64,000 nucleotides of DNA from Hyphomicrobiales bacterium (lineage in GTDB: Bacteria > Pseudomonadota > Alphaproteobacteria > Rhizobiales > Xanthobacteraceae): positions 185 to 64,184 of the forward strand of contig JAFKKL010000010.1 of NCBI GenBank assembly GCA_017305595.1. Direction: 5' to 3'. Under the pieces are notes generated by a model. That model ran no database searches and was not told the DNA's origin. It saw nothing but the letters and a program-made list of their open reading frames with translations. Positions 8,580-17,403 of the stretch are shown piece after piece. A program made the position numbers and the translations under genes. Position 1 is the first letter of the stretch. Every line of letters begins with the position of its first letter.

Positions 8580-9875
8580 TTAAACCTTCTGCGAGATGCG
8601 GAGCGCCTGGCCGAGGTCGTCGAGGATGTCCTGCGCCGCCTCGATGCCGACCGACAACCGCACCATTTCTTCGCCGATGCCGGCGGCCTTGAGCTGCTCG
8701 GCATCCATCTGCTGATGCGTGGTGCTGCCGGGATGGATCACCAAGGTCTTGGCGTCGCCGACATTGGCGAGATGGCTGATCATGCGCAGCGTTTCGAGGA
8801 ATTTCTTGCCGGCGGCGCGGCCGCCCTTGATGCCGAACGAAATGATCGAGCCCGCGCCGCGCGGCAGCAGTGTTTTCGCCAGTTCGTAGTCCGGATGGTT
8901 TTCCAGCGAGGGATGCAGCACCCAATCCACCGCCTTGTTGGCGGTGAGGAAATCCAGCACCGCCTTGGTGTTCGCCATGTGGCGATCCATGCGCGGGCCG
9001 AGCGTCTCGATGCCTTGCAAAATTTGGAATGCGTTGGTCGGCGACAGGCACGCGCCGAAGTCGCGCAGGCCCTCGGTGCGCGCGCGCATCATGAAGGCGA
9101 TCGGGCCGAACTGCTCGTCGAACACGATGCCGTGGTAGCCGGCATAGGGTTCGGTCAGCACCGGGAATTTACCCGACGCGCGCCAGTTGAAGCGGCCGCT
9201 GTCCACCAGCACGCCGCCGATGGCGATGCCGTGGCCGCCGAGCCATTTGGTGGCCGAGTTCATCACGATGTCGGCGCCGAGTTCGATCGGCCGGCTCAGA
9301 TACGGCGTAGCGAAGGTGTTATCGACGAGGAGCGGGATTTTCGCGTCGTGGGCGATCTGCGCCACCTTCGGAATGTCCAGCACCTCCATGCCGGGATTGC
9401 CGATGGTTTCGCCGATCACCAGCCGCGTCTTGTCCTTGATCGCGGCGCGCATGCCATCATGGTCGCGCGGATTGACGAACGTAGTGGTGATGCCGAAGCG
9501 CGGCAGCGTGTGGGTCAGGATGTTGATCGAGCCGCCATAGAGCGACGACGAGGCGACGATGTGCTCGCCGGCGCTCACCAGGGTGGCGATGGCGAGATGC
9601 AGCGCCGCCATGCCGCTGGCGGTGCACACCGCGCCGACGCCGCCCTCCAGCGCCGCGATGCGCTCCTCCAGCACCGACACGGTCGGGTTGGAGATGCGGC
9701 TGTAGATGTGGCCGGGGCGCTCGAGGTTGAACAGCGCCGCCGCGTGGTCGGCGTCCTGGAACATGAAGGACGTGGTCTGGTAGATCGGGACCGCGCGCGA
9801 TCCGGTCACCGGGTCCGGATGCTGGCCGGCATAGAGGCTGAGGGTCTCGAAGGCGGGCGGTTTCGGTGCGGGCAT
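8580..9875 (-). CDS. metY: O-acetylhomoserine sulfhydrylase (aminocarboxypropyltransferase), PLP-dependent
   Basis: [32 protein letters not shown]...[10 protein letters not shown]...[10 protein letters not shown] (PLP-lysine context). This is the typical MetY/MetZ Cys/Met-metabolism PLP family, 431 aa. Confidence 0.9.
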   Translation of the reverse strand: MPAPKPPAFETLSLYAGQHPDPVTGSRAVPIYQTTSFMFQDADHAAALFNLERPGHIYSRISNPTVSVLEERIAALEGGVGAVCTASGMAALHLAIATLVSAGEHIVASSSLYGGSINILTHTLPRFGITTTFVNPRDHDGMRAAIKDKTRLVIGETIGNPGMEVLDIPKVAQIAHDAKIPLLVDNTFATPYLSRPIELGADIVMNSATKWLGGHGIAIGGVLVDSGRFNWRASGKFPVLTEPYAGYHGIVFDEQFGPIAFMMRARTEGLRDFGACLSPTNAFQILQGIETLGPRMDRHMANTKAVLDFLTANKAVDWVLHPSLENHPDYELAKTLLPRGAGSIISFGIKGGRAAGKKFLETLRMISHLANVGDAKTLVIHPGSTTHQQMDAEQLKAAGIGEEMVRLSVGIEAAQDILDDLGQALRISQKV

Positions 9876-10012
9876 GTCGGCTCAACGTGCGATGAAAGGA
9901 TCATCGCCTATGCCACATTTCGCCGGGGATTGTTAGGGGTTGTCAGACCCGGAGGCCGCCGTTGCGAGTCTATCCCGTCCGCTTCTCGCAATGACGATTT
10001 GACAGCGGACGC

Positions 10013-10642
10013 CTATCGCTTCCGCGTCGGCTTCGCCACGCTGGCGTCGATCAGGGCGGTGGCGGCGGCGAGCGCCGATTGCGCGGGGCCGGAGGCCGAT
10101 TGCTGGCCGGTGACGTAGACGCCCTCGATCAGCAGCATCAATCCGTCGCCCAGCGCGCGGGGATCGCGCGCGCCCATTTCAGCCGAGAGTTCGCGCAGGC
10201 GTTGTCGCAGCGCCTTTTTGTGCGTCTCCGCAACGAGGCGCGCCGGATGGGTGTGGCCGGGATATTCCACGGCGGCGTTGGAGAGGCCGCAGCCGCGATA
10301 GCCGTCCTTCACCGCGCGGTTCGCCAATTCGCGGATATAGGCCAGCACATGCGCGCGCGGATCGCTGTAGGACTTGCCGCCGGGCTTCTCGAAGCGCGGC
10401 CAGAACTCGCGGTCGTAATCGGAGAGATACGCGGCGGCGAGATCGTCCTTGGAGGGAAAGGCGCGATAGAGGCTCGGCTTGGTGACGCCGGCGCGGCTGA
10501 CGATCTCGTCGACGCCGACGGCGCGGATACCCTCGCGGTAAAACAACTCGCGGGCCGAGGCACGAATCCGCTCCGCCGCGCGCGGCGGCTGCGCCGGCGC
10601 GGAGGTGGTCTGTGTCCTGGTCGGGGCGGAACGGCTTGACAA
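10013..10642 (-). CDS. TetR/AcrR-family transcriptional regulator
   Basis: ARELFYREGIRAVGVDEIVSRAGVTKPSLYRAFPSKDDL is the TetR helix-turn-helix signature. The gene is divergent from the MFS gene. Confidence 0.9.
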   Translation of the reverse strand: MSSRSAPTRTQTTSAPAQPPRAAERIRASARELFYREGIRAVGVDEIVSRAGVTKPSLYRAFPSKDDLAAAYLSDYDREFWPRFEKPGGKSYSDPRAHVLAYIRELANRAVKDGYRGCGLSNAAVEYPGHTHPARLVAETHKKALRQRLRELSAEMGARDPRALGDGLMLLIEGVYVTGQQSASGPAQSALAAATALIDASVAKPTRKR

Positions 10643-10644
10643 TG

Positions 10645-10694
10645 TTACTGACCGGTACCTATGTTGCGCGCCTTCAATACGTACCGGTCAGTAA
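10645..10694. promoter_or_regulatory. Pair of perfect 14-nt inverted repeats, TTACTGACCGGTAC (10645-10658) and GTACCGGTCAGTAA (10681-10694); candidate TetR operator(s) in the divergent promoter region
   Basis: Read directly and checked against ORF-track frame arithmetic. TTGACA at 10635-10640 lies immediately upstream. The second half-site ends 1 nt before the MFS ATG. Confidence 0.55.
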
Positions 10695-10695
10695 C

Positions 10696-11994
10696 ATGAG
10701 CCAGCCTTCCATTTCAAGTGGTCCGATGTCCAGCCGCCCGTTCGGCCAGAAGTACGCCTTCGTCGTCGTTGCGGTGATCTTCGTCGCGCTGCTCACCGCC
10801 GCCGGCCTTCGCGCCACGCCGGGCGTGCTGATCCTGCCGTTGCAGCAATCCTTCGGCTGGAGCATCGACACCATTTCGGTCGCCGCCGCCGTCGGTATTT
10901 TCCTTTACGGCCTCGCCGGTCCGTTCGCCGCCGCGGTGATGAACCAGTTCGGTATCCGCCGCACCGTGATGGGCGCGCTGGTGCTGATGTCGGCCGCCAC
11001 CGCCGCCAGCTATTTCATGACCAAGCCGTGGCATCTGTTCCTGACCTGGGGCCTGCTCACCGGCATCGGCTCCGGCGCGGTCGCCAACGTGCTCGGCGCG
11101 GTGATCGTCAACCGCTGGTTCGTCAAGAATCGCGGCACGGTGATGGGGTTGCTCACCGCCGCCACCGCCACTGGCACGCTGATCTTCATGCCCGGCCTTT
11201 CGATGGTGGTCGAGCGCGGCGGCTGGCAGCCGGTGGTGCTGATCATTGCCGTGTGCTGCGCGGCGCTGGTGCCGGTGATCTATTTCCTGGTGCCGGAGCG
11301 ACCGGGCTCGATCGGCCAGCGTGCCTACGGCAGCGATGTCGACGACGTGCCGCCGCCGGCGACCGGGCAGAATCCGTTCGTCGCCGCGATCTCTCACCTG
11401 ATCGAAGCCGCGAAGACGCGGACTTTCTGGTATCTGTTCGCGACGTTCTTCGTCTGCGGCTTCACCACCAATGGTCTTGTCGGCACGCATCTGATCGCAT
11501 TCTGCGGCGATTACGGCATCGCGCAGGTGCAGGCCGCGAGCCTGCTGGCGCTGATGGGCATCTTCGACCTGATCGGCACCACGCTTTCGGGCTGGCTCAC
11601 CGATCGCTTCGATCCGCGCAAGCTCTTGTTCGTGTATTACGGGCTGCGCGGCCTGTCGCTGATCTACCTGCCGTATTCCGGATTCTCGCTGTGGAGCCTG
11701 ACGATCTTCGCGGTGTTCTACGGCCTCGACTGGATCGCCACGGTGCCGCCGACCATGCGGCTTGCCAACGATGCGTTCGGCGACCGCAAGGCGCCGGTGA
11801 TCTTCGGCTGGATCGTCGCCGGGCATCAGTTGGGCGCGGCATCGGCAGCGTTCTTCGCCGGCGCGATGCGCACCGCGCAGGGCGATTACCTCGGCGCCTT
11901 CGTCATTGCTGGCCTCACCGGGCTTGTCGCAGCGGTGCTGTCGCTGATGATCGGCCGCAACCGCGACGCGACGGCGAGGCTCGCGCCGGCGTAA
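10696..11994 (+). CDS. MFS transporter
   Basis: ORF 10612..11994 trimmed to ATG 10696. It has a multi-TM hydrophobic profile with MFS-like loops (GIRRTVMG, DRFDPRKLL) and is paired with a divergent TetR. Confidence 0.85.
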   Translation: MSQPSISSGPMSSRPFGQKYAFVVVAVIFVALLTAAGLRATPGVLILPLQQSFGWSIDTISVAAAVGIFLYGLAGPFAAAVMNQFGIRRTVMGALVLMSAATAASYFMTKPWHLFLTWGLLTGIGSGAVANVLGAVIVNRWFVKNRGTVMGLLTAATATGTLIFMPGLSMVVERGGWQPVVLIIAVCCAALVPVIYFLVPERPGSIGQRAYGSDVDDVPPPATGQNPFVAAISHLIEAAKTRTFWYLFATFFVCGFTTNGLVGTHLIAFCGDYGIAQVQAASLLALMGIFDLIGTTLSGWLTDRFDPRKLLFVYYGLRGLSLIYLPYSGFSLWSLTIFAVFYGLDWIATVPPTMRLANDAFGDRKAPVIFGWIVAGHQLGAASAAFFAGAMRTAQGDYLGAFVIAGLTGLVAAVLSLMIGRNRDATARLAPA

Positions 11995-12020
11995 GGCGGC
12001 GTTGGCCTCAGGTCACGACC

Positions 12021-12089
12021 GTCATTGCCGGACTTGATCCGTCAATCCATCCGAGAGTGATGGATGCGCGGGTCAAGCCCGCGCATGAC
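12021..12089. repeat. Composite REP-like palindromic element, copy C
   Basis: GTCATTGCCGGACTTGATCCGTCAATCCATCC (12021-12052), a spacer, then GATGGATGCGCGGGTCAAGCCCGCGCATGAC (12059-12089). It lies between convergent genes. Confidence 0.85.
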
Positions 12090-12103
12090 GTCCGATGGAT
12101 TTC

Positions 12104-13153
12104 TCACGCCCACTTCGCCACATCCACCACAGCCTGCGCGAATGCGCGCGGCGCTTCCTGCGGCAGGTTGTGGCCGATGCCGCCCTTGATCAGGCGATGT
12201 TCGTAGCGGCCGGAGAAGCGGTTTGCATAAGAAGAAGACTCCGGGTGCGGTGCGCCGTTGGCATCGCCTTCCATGGTGATGGTCGGCGCTGCGATCTGCG
12301 GGAAGGTGGCGAGCTTCGCCTCCAGCGTGTCGTACTTCGCGTCGCCTTCCGCAAGGCCGAGCCGCCAGCGATAATTGTGGATTACCACGGCGACGTGATC
12401 GGGGTTATCGAACGCCGTGGCGCTGCGCGCGAAGGTGGCATCGTCGAAATGCCATTGCGGCGAGGCGAGCTGCCAGATCAGCCGCGCGAAGGCGGCGGTG
12501 TTCTGCGCGTAGCCGAGACGGCCGCGCTCGGTGGCGAAATAGAATTGGTACCACCATTGCAGCTCGGCCTGCGGTGGCAGCGGCTTGGCGCCGGCGGCCT
12601 GGCTACCGATCAGATAGCCGCTCACCGAGACCAGCGCCTTGCAACGCTCCGGCCATAAGGCAGCGATGATATCGGCCGAGCGCGCGCCCCAGTCGTAGCC
12701 GGCGAGCACGGCCTTCTCGATCTTCAGTGCGTCCATCATCGCGATGGTGTCGGAGGCCACGGCTGAAGGTTGTCCGTTGCGCGGCGTGTCGTCCGCGAGA
12801 AGCCGCGTCGTGCCGTGGCCGCGCAGATACGGCACGATGACGCGATAGCCGGCGTCCGCCAACAGCGGCGCGACGTCGGCATAGCTGTGAATATCGTAGG
12901 GCCAGCCGTGCAGCAGGATCACCACCGGTCCATTCGCCGGGCCCAGTTCTGCATAACCGATGCGTACCAACCCGGCGTCAATGGTCTTCAGCGGGCCGAG
13001 CGAGGTGTGGCTGCCGGGCTTGATCACGGGCAGCGGCGAGGACGTTGCACCTTGTGACGCGCCTTGCGCGGTCGTGATCGGACCGAGCCCGATCTGGGCG
13101 GCGGCAGCGGCGGCGAAGCCGAGCAGGCGGCGGCGGTTGAGGGAGAGGGACAT
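12104..13153 (-). CDS. Secreted (Tat) alpha/beta hydrolase, epoxide hydrolase / haloalkane dehalogenase-like
   Basis: MSLSLNRRRLLGFAAAAAAQ is a Tat signal (ATG 13153; the longer ORF starts at 13174). LLHGWPYDIHSY and GYDWGARSA give an Asp nucleophile context typical of epoxide-hydrolase-type folds. Confidence 0.8.
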   Translation of the reverse strand: MSLSLNRRRLLGFAAAAAAQIGLGPITTAQGASQGATSSPLPVIKPGSHTSLGPLKTIDAGLVRIGYAELGPANGPVVILLHGWPYDIHSYADVAPLLADAGYRVIVPYLRGHGTTRLLADDTPRNGQPSAVASDTIAMMDALKIEKAVLAGYDWGARSADIIAALWPERCKALVSVSGYLIGSQAAGAKPLPPQAELQWWYQFYFATERGRLGYAQNTAAFARLIWQLASPQWHFDDATFARSATAFDNPDHVAVVIHNYRWRLGLAEGDAKYDTLEAKLATFPQIAAPTITMEGDANGAPHPESSSYANRFSGRYEHRLIKGGIGHNLPQEAPRAFAQAVVDVAKWA

Positions 13154-13183
13154 CAGCGGACTCCGAAAATGCAAGGAAGGGGT

Positions 13184-13214
13184 GGCCGCGCCCCAAGGTG
13201 TGCGGGGCGCGGCC
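13184..13214 (-). terminator. Rho-independent terminator downstream of ohr
   Basis: 11-bp GC stem GGCCGCGCCCC / GGGGCGCGGCC with a 9-nt loop. On the minus strand it is followed by a T-rich tract (ccttccttgcatttt). Confidence 0.7.
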
Positions 13215-13225
13215 GTTGTTGCGGA

Positions 13226-13660
13226 TCAGGCGACGGTGATGGTCACGTCGATGTTGCCGCGCGTCGCCTTCGAGTACGGGCAGATCTGATGCGCGCCGTC
13301 GGCGATCGCCTGTGCCGTCTCGCGGGGCAGGCCCGGCAGGCTGACATTGAGGCGTGCCTGCAAGGCGAAGGCGTCGCCGCGCGTGACCAGATCGACTTCG
13401 GCGTCGACCGCGACATCCGCCGGCAGCGTCACCTTCTGCGCGGCGGCGGCGTGGCGCATCGCGCCGATGAAGCAGGCGGACCAGCCGGCGGCGAACAGTT
13501 GCTCCGGGTTGGTGCCGCTGCCCGGGCCGCCCGGCACCGACAGCGCGACGTCGAGGCGATTGTCCGAACTTTGGGCGCGGCCATCGCGGCCGCCGGTGGT
13601 GTGGGTATTGGCGGTGTAGAGAACCTTGGCGGGGGCGTCGGCAGATGCGGTGGTGGTCAT
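13226..13660 (-). CDS. ohr: Organic hydroperoxide resistance protein Ohr (OsmC/Ohr family)
   Basis: PEQLFAAGWSACFIGAM and HQICPYSKATRGNI carry the two catalytic Cys contexts of Ohr. It is 144 aa and divergent from a MarR/OhrR gene. Confidence 0.9.
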   Translation of the reverse strand: MTTTASADAPAKVLYTANTHTTGGRDGRAQSSDNRLDVALSVPGGPGSGTNPEQLFAAGWSACFIGAMRHAAAAQKVTLPADVAVDAEVDLVTRGDAFALQARLNVSLPGLPRETAQAIADGAHQICPYSKATRGNIDVTITVA

Positions 13661-13690
13661 GGCAGGCTCCTTCAGGTTAATTAGATCGTA

Positions 13691-13703
13691 TCCGATTTAA
13701 TCG
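13691..13703. promoter_or_regulatory. OhrR-box-like AT-rich palindrome, copy 1 (TCCGATTTAATCG)
   Basis: Located in the ohr-ohrR intergenic region. It shares the core CGATTTAATCG with copy 2. Confidence 0.45.
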
Positions 13704-13744
13704 TGTGCGGTACATAAAGCGGCGACCTGTCGTGTGTCAACCCT

Positions 13745-13759
13745 TCCGATTTAATCGGA
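13745..13759. promoter_or_regulatory. OhrR-box-like perfect 7-1-7 palindrome, copy 2 (TCCGATT-T-AATCGGA)
   Basis: Read directly and verified by frame arithmetic. It is an AT-rich inverted repeat between divergent ohr and ohrR, as expected for OhrR operators. Confidence 0.5.
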
Positions 13760-13793
13760 TGCGATATATATTCGGAGGCGTCCTCACATCTCC

Positions 13794-14351
13794 GTGTCGA
13801 AAGCGCCCGCGATGAGCCCCTCGAAGTCCGTTTCGCCCAAGATGGCGTCCAAGACAGCACACAAGACCGCGCCCAGGGCGACCGCGTCCAAAGCCGAACC
13901 GAAGTCGGCGGGGCCGAAGCTGGCCGATTTTCTCTGCTTCGCGATCTATTCGGCGAACCTCGCCTATGGTCGTGCCTACAAGCCGATCCTCGATCCGCTC
14001 GGCCTCACCTATACGCAATACATCGCGCTGGTAGCGCTGTGGGAGGAGAACGACCAGACCGTGAGCCAGCTCGGCGAGCGGATGTTTCTGGAATCCAACA
14101 CGCTGACGCCGATCCTGAAAAAGCTGGAGAGCCTCGGCTATCTGCGCCGCCGCCGCGACAGCGACGACGAGCGCGTGGTGCGCGTCAGCCTCACCGAGGA
14201 AGGCCGCCGCTTACGCGAGCGCGCGTCGCAACGCAATCTCGTCAAGGCATCGGGTTTCCCGATGGAGGATTTCGTCAAGCTGCAAAAGCAGGTGACCAAA
14301 CTCCGCGACAATCTGCTCGACGCGGTGAAGGAAGGCGGCGAGGGCGCGTGA
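13794..14351 (+). CDS. ohrR: MarR-family organic hydroperoxide sensor/repressor OhrR, with a K/A/P/S-rich N-terminal extension
   Basis: Sensing Cys context LADFLCFAIYSAN, then LGLTYTQYIALVALWEENDQTVSQLGERMFLESNTLTPILKKLESLGYL. Start is uncertain (GTG 13794, ATG 13812 or ATG 13842), but all candidates leave at least 30 aa of extension. Confidence 0.85.
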   Translation: MSKAPAMSPSKSVSPKMASKTAHKTAPRATASKAEPKSAGPKLADFLCFAIYSANLAYGRAYKPILDPLGLTYTQYIALVALWEENDQTVSQLGERMFLESNTLTPILKKLESLGYLRRRRDSDDERVVRVSLTEEGRRLRERASQRNLVKASGFPMEDFVKLQKQVTKLRDNLLDAVKEGGEGA

Positions 14352-14358
14352 TCGTCGC

Positions 14359-15060
14359 TCACGCATAGCCGACCCAGCCGCGAAAACTCAGCCCCGCATA
14401 GAACAGGCTGACATTGTCGAAGCCGGCCTCGCGCAGCATCGCCTCGTCATCCTCCGGCGACAGCACCGACAGTCTTGTGGCGATGGCGTGCTTCGCCGCT
14501 TCGGCGTGCGCGGGATCGGCGCCGGCGAAACCGACATGCCGCGCGATCCATTGCGAGCGCGCCGGTTCGTGCTGGTCGAACGAGATGTGGGCAATCACGA
14601 ACGGTGCGCCGGGCTTGAGACGGCGGCGGATTTCGCGAAGCGTCTCGCGCCGCACGTCGCGTGGGATGAAGTGAAACGTCAGCAAACTGCACGCGCCATC
14701 GAACGGGCCGTCCGGCGCCGCCTCGATGAAGCCGTGATGCAGACGAATGCGGCCGCGATGCGCGGATGCAATCTCCTCCGCCGTGCGCAGCATGTCGGCG
14801 GAGGGATCGACGCCGTCGAAGCTCCAGCCGGGTTGCGCATCGCCGAGTGCTTTCAGTTCGAGTCCGCCGCCGGCGCCATGCACCAGCAAGCCGCCGTCGT
14901 GCGGCACGCGTTCCGCCAGCAGCATGATCGTCATGCGATGCAGACCGTCGAAGCCTGGCACCTGTCGCGGCGGTCCTTCGGCATAAACGCGGGCATGACT
15001 GCTGCCGAACGCGGTTGCGGTAGAGGGGGGCATGGGCGGGTGGTGATTGTTATCATTCAT
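14359..15060 (-). CDS. Class I SAM-dependent methyltransferase
   Basis: ORF 14359..15327 trimmed to ATG 15060 (MNDNNHHPP...). LLVHGAGGGLELKAL resembles SAM-binding motif I. The size (233 aa) fits. Confidence 0.7.
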   Translation of the reverse strand: MNDNNHHPPMPPSTATAFGSSHARVYAEGPPRQVPGFDGLHRMTIMLLAERVPHDGGLLVHGAGGGLELKALGDAQPGWSFDGVDPSADMLRTAEEIASAHRGRIRLHHGFIEAAPDGPFDGACSLLTFHFIPRDVRRETLREIRRRLKPGAPFVIAHISFDQHEPARSQWIARHVGFAGADPAHAEAAKHAIATRLSVLSPEDDEAMLREAGFDNVSLFYAGLSFRGWVGYA

Positions 15061-15192
15061 GCTGTTTGGTGAAACAGAGAGGACATAGGCGTCAAGCGAA
15101 ACAGCGTGGCCGGGACGGCGCGCGAAGCCACGCAATCGCCATGCGGCGCATTTATGATCCTCAACACAAGATCGAACGACGGAGGACGAACG

Positions 15193-15480
15193 ATGTTCAA
15201 GGCATTTGTCGTTGCGATTGTCGCGACTGCCGTTTGCGTTGTTTCGATGGCGGCCCTGGCTGCGGAAACCAACCGCGACAAGATTCAGGGTATCGAGCGG
15301 ATCGATAGAAATACCGCGCGGCAGCACGATAAGCGACCAACGCGCGAATTCGGCGGCGTTCCACGTTCCACTGCGGACGAGCCTTGGGTCGGCAACCGAA
15401 CCGATGCCGCGGGAAATTCGTATGTCTACTTTCGCACCGGCGTCGGCACACCGTTCAGTCCGGGTAGCGTGCTGCGTTGA
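15193..15480 (+). CDS. Small secreted hypothetical protein (95 aa)
   Basis: ATG 15193 follows GGAGGA by about 6 nt. MFKAFVVAIVATAVCVVSMAALAAE is a Sec signal peptide. No family was recognised. Confidence 0.5.
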   Translation: MFKAFVVAIVATAVCVVSMAALAAETNRDKIQGIERIDRNTARQHDKRPTREFGGVPRSTADEPWVGNRTDAAGNSYVYFRTGVGTPFSPGSVLR

Positions 15481-15534
15481 TCCGACGTGATCGTGATCGA
15501 GCGATTGACCGTCGTCATGGCGGACGTCAAAAGG

Positions 15535-15564
15535 AAACGGCCGGGGCTTGCGACCCGGCCGTTT
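15535..15564. terminator. Hairpin AAACGGCCGGG...CCCGGCCGTTT between convergent genes (bidirectional terminator)
   Basis: A GC-rich stem flanked by an A-run on the 5' side and T residues on the 3' side. It lies between the small secreted ORF (+) and rpmB (-). Confidence 0.65.
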
Positions 15565-15596
15565 CTGTCTTGCAGCGATAAACTTTTATAAGGCGA

Positions 15597-15899
15597 TCAG
15601 GCCGCGGCGCTTGCGGTCTCGGCCTTCTTCTTTTCGATCTGGCGCTTCAGCTCGGCGGCCTTCAGCGACAGGTTGTCGATGTTCGCCTTGAGCAGGAAGG
15701 CATCGAGACCGCCGTTGTGGTCGACGCTCTTCAGCGCATTGGTCGAAACGCGCAGCCGCACCGAACGGCCCAGCGCATCCGACAGGAAGGTGACGTTGAC
15801 CAGGTTGGGCAGGAAGCGCCGCTTGGTCTTGATGTTCGAGTGGCTCACCCGGTGACCGACCTGGGGACCCTTGGCGGTCAGTTCGCAGCGGCGGGACAT
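15597..15899 (-). CDS. rpmB: 50S ribosomal protein L28
   Basis: ORF trimmed to ATG 15899. [33 protein letters not shown] is the invariant L28 N-terminus. Confidence 0.95.
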   Translation of the reverse strand: MSRRCELTAKGPQVGHRVSHSNIKTKRRFLPNLVNVTFLSDALGRSVRLRVSTNALKSVDHNGGLDAFLLKANIDNLSLKAAELKRQIEKKKAETASAAA

Positions 15900-16136
15900 T
15901 GGAAAATTCCTCTTACTTCCCCAAGGCACACTGCAAGCACGCTGCGCGGCCGCGGGGGTCAAAAATCGCATCCATTTCAGGATCGGCGAACCTATAGGGG
16001 CAGCACGTCGCAAGGTCAAGCGCGCAACGCGCTTTGCCGGTGGTAGTCAAGATCAGTCAGCCCCGATGGGGGTGCCGGATTTCGCCTTCGATCTCAACCA
16101 TATAAACGACGTATTCGGTTCCGACATGGTGAAGGA

Positions 16137-17072
16137 ATGGTTTTTCCGGTATGTCCGCCGAAATGCATGTACGGAATGGTGCGGCTGGTTCCAGGATACC
16201 TATTTGTGAGCAGGTTGGCTGAAATCCCGTTCCGGCGTCTCCGGCTTTGGCCGCTCGCAGGCCGCCGTGCGACTCTCGCCATGATGCTGATGTTGCTTTC
16301 GGTCCCGCCGACCTTGGCGCAGGGGAAGCTGGATGCCCGCTACGAAGTGACCCTGGCTGGTATTCCGGTGGGCCGCGGGGCCTGGACCATCGAAATCGCC
16401 GAGGATCATTACAGTGCCACCGTGTCCGGAGCCACCGTCGGTCTGCTCAAGGCGATTTACGGGGGGCATGGCAACGGCGGGGTGCACGGCCGCGTCGTCA
16501 ACGGCCAGTTCGCGTCGGCCAGTTATACCGCGACCAGCGAAACCTCGAAGAAGGCCGAAACCATCCGCATTGTCATGAATGGCGGCAACGTCACCGAATC
16601 CAGCATCACGCCGGAACCGCCCGCCGACGATGCCCGCATCCCGGTAACCGACGCGCATCGGCGCGGGGTGCTGGACCCCATGACCGGCAGTATGATCCGC
16701 GTGTCGGGGACGGGCGATCCGCTCGGCCCGGAAGCCTGCAAGCCGGCGTCGGCGATCTTCGATGGCCGGATGCGCTACGATCTGCGGCTGGCTTACAAGC
16801 GGATGGACACGGTCAAGGCCGAAAAAGGCTATCATGGCCCGGCCGTGGTCTGCGGGATCTACTTCACGCCGGTATCGGGATACGTGCCGGATCGTGCCGC
16901 TATCAAATATCTCGCCAAGCAGAAGGCGATGGAGATCTGGCTGGTGCCGATCGCCGGCACGCGGGTGCTGGTGCCGTTCAAACTCTCGATCCCGACGCCG
17001 CTCGGCCACGGCGTGCTGGTCGCCACCCAGTTCAACGCCACCGCCCTTCCGCCCCGCGCCGCCTCGCGCTGA
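16137..17072 (+). CDS. DUF3108-like exported protein (start uncertain)
   Basis: A hydrophobic signal-like segment (LAMMLMLLSVPPTLAQG) is followed by YEVTLAGIPVGRGAWTIEI..., which I associate with DUF3108 proteins found next to rpmB in Rhizobiales. This is recalled, not searched. Confidence 0.55.
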   Translation: MVFPVCPPKCMYGMVRLVPGYLFVSRLAEIPFRRLRLWPLAGRRATLAMMLMLLSVPPTLAQGKLDARYEVTLAGIPVGRGAWTIEIAEDHYSATVSGATVGLLKAIYGGHGNGGVHGRVVNGQFASASYTATSETSKKAETIRIVMNGGNVTESSITPEPPADDARIPVTDAHRRGVLDPMTGSMIRVSGTGDPLGPEACKPASAIFDGRMRYDLRLAYKRMDTVKAEKGYHGPAVVCGIYFTPVSGYVPDRAAIKYLAKQKAMEIWLVPIAGTRVLVPFKLSIPTPLGHGVLVATQFNATALPPRAASR

Positions 17073-17403
17073 GCCGAACCGGAAAATTCTTGCGGCAAGG
17101 CCGGCGCAATCTCGCCATGGGTTTGCCGCAAGAATCCCGACGAAGAATCTCGTTGACTCTTGACGCGATCCCGTCCCGCATGGGTGTTAATGATTGCGCC
17201 GCATTCCTATCTCTTGTTTGACAGGAATCCTCTTGATGTAGTTATCCATGCCGCCACGCACCGCGAGATGTTGCGGTCATTCCGCGAGGGGCGGTGCGAG
17301 TCAGCGATTCGGGCGCGATTCGTTCCGGACTCGTTCCAAAGCTTAAGCCGCGGCGTGATTCACGTCGCATTGTGAGACAGGCTCGCGTGTTGTCGCACCG
17401 CCT

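Noticed and set aside
9876-10012. SAM-II (or other SAM) riboswitch in the 137-nt metY leader
   Set aside because: Alphaproteobacterial met genes often carry SAM-II. However, the minus-strand leader lacks the conserved AAAGCU-containing pseudoknot core as I recall it. Only a small hairpin (GCGATGA-N5-TCATCGC at about 9892-9910) is present. This needs an Infernal scan to be definitive.
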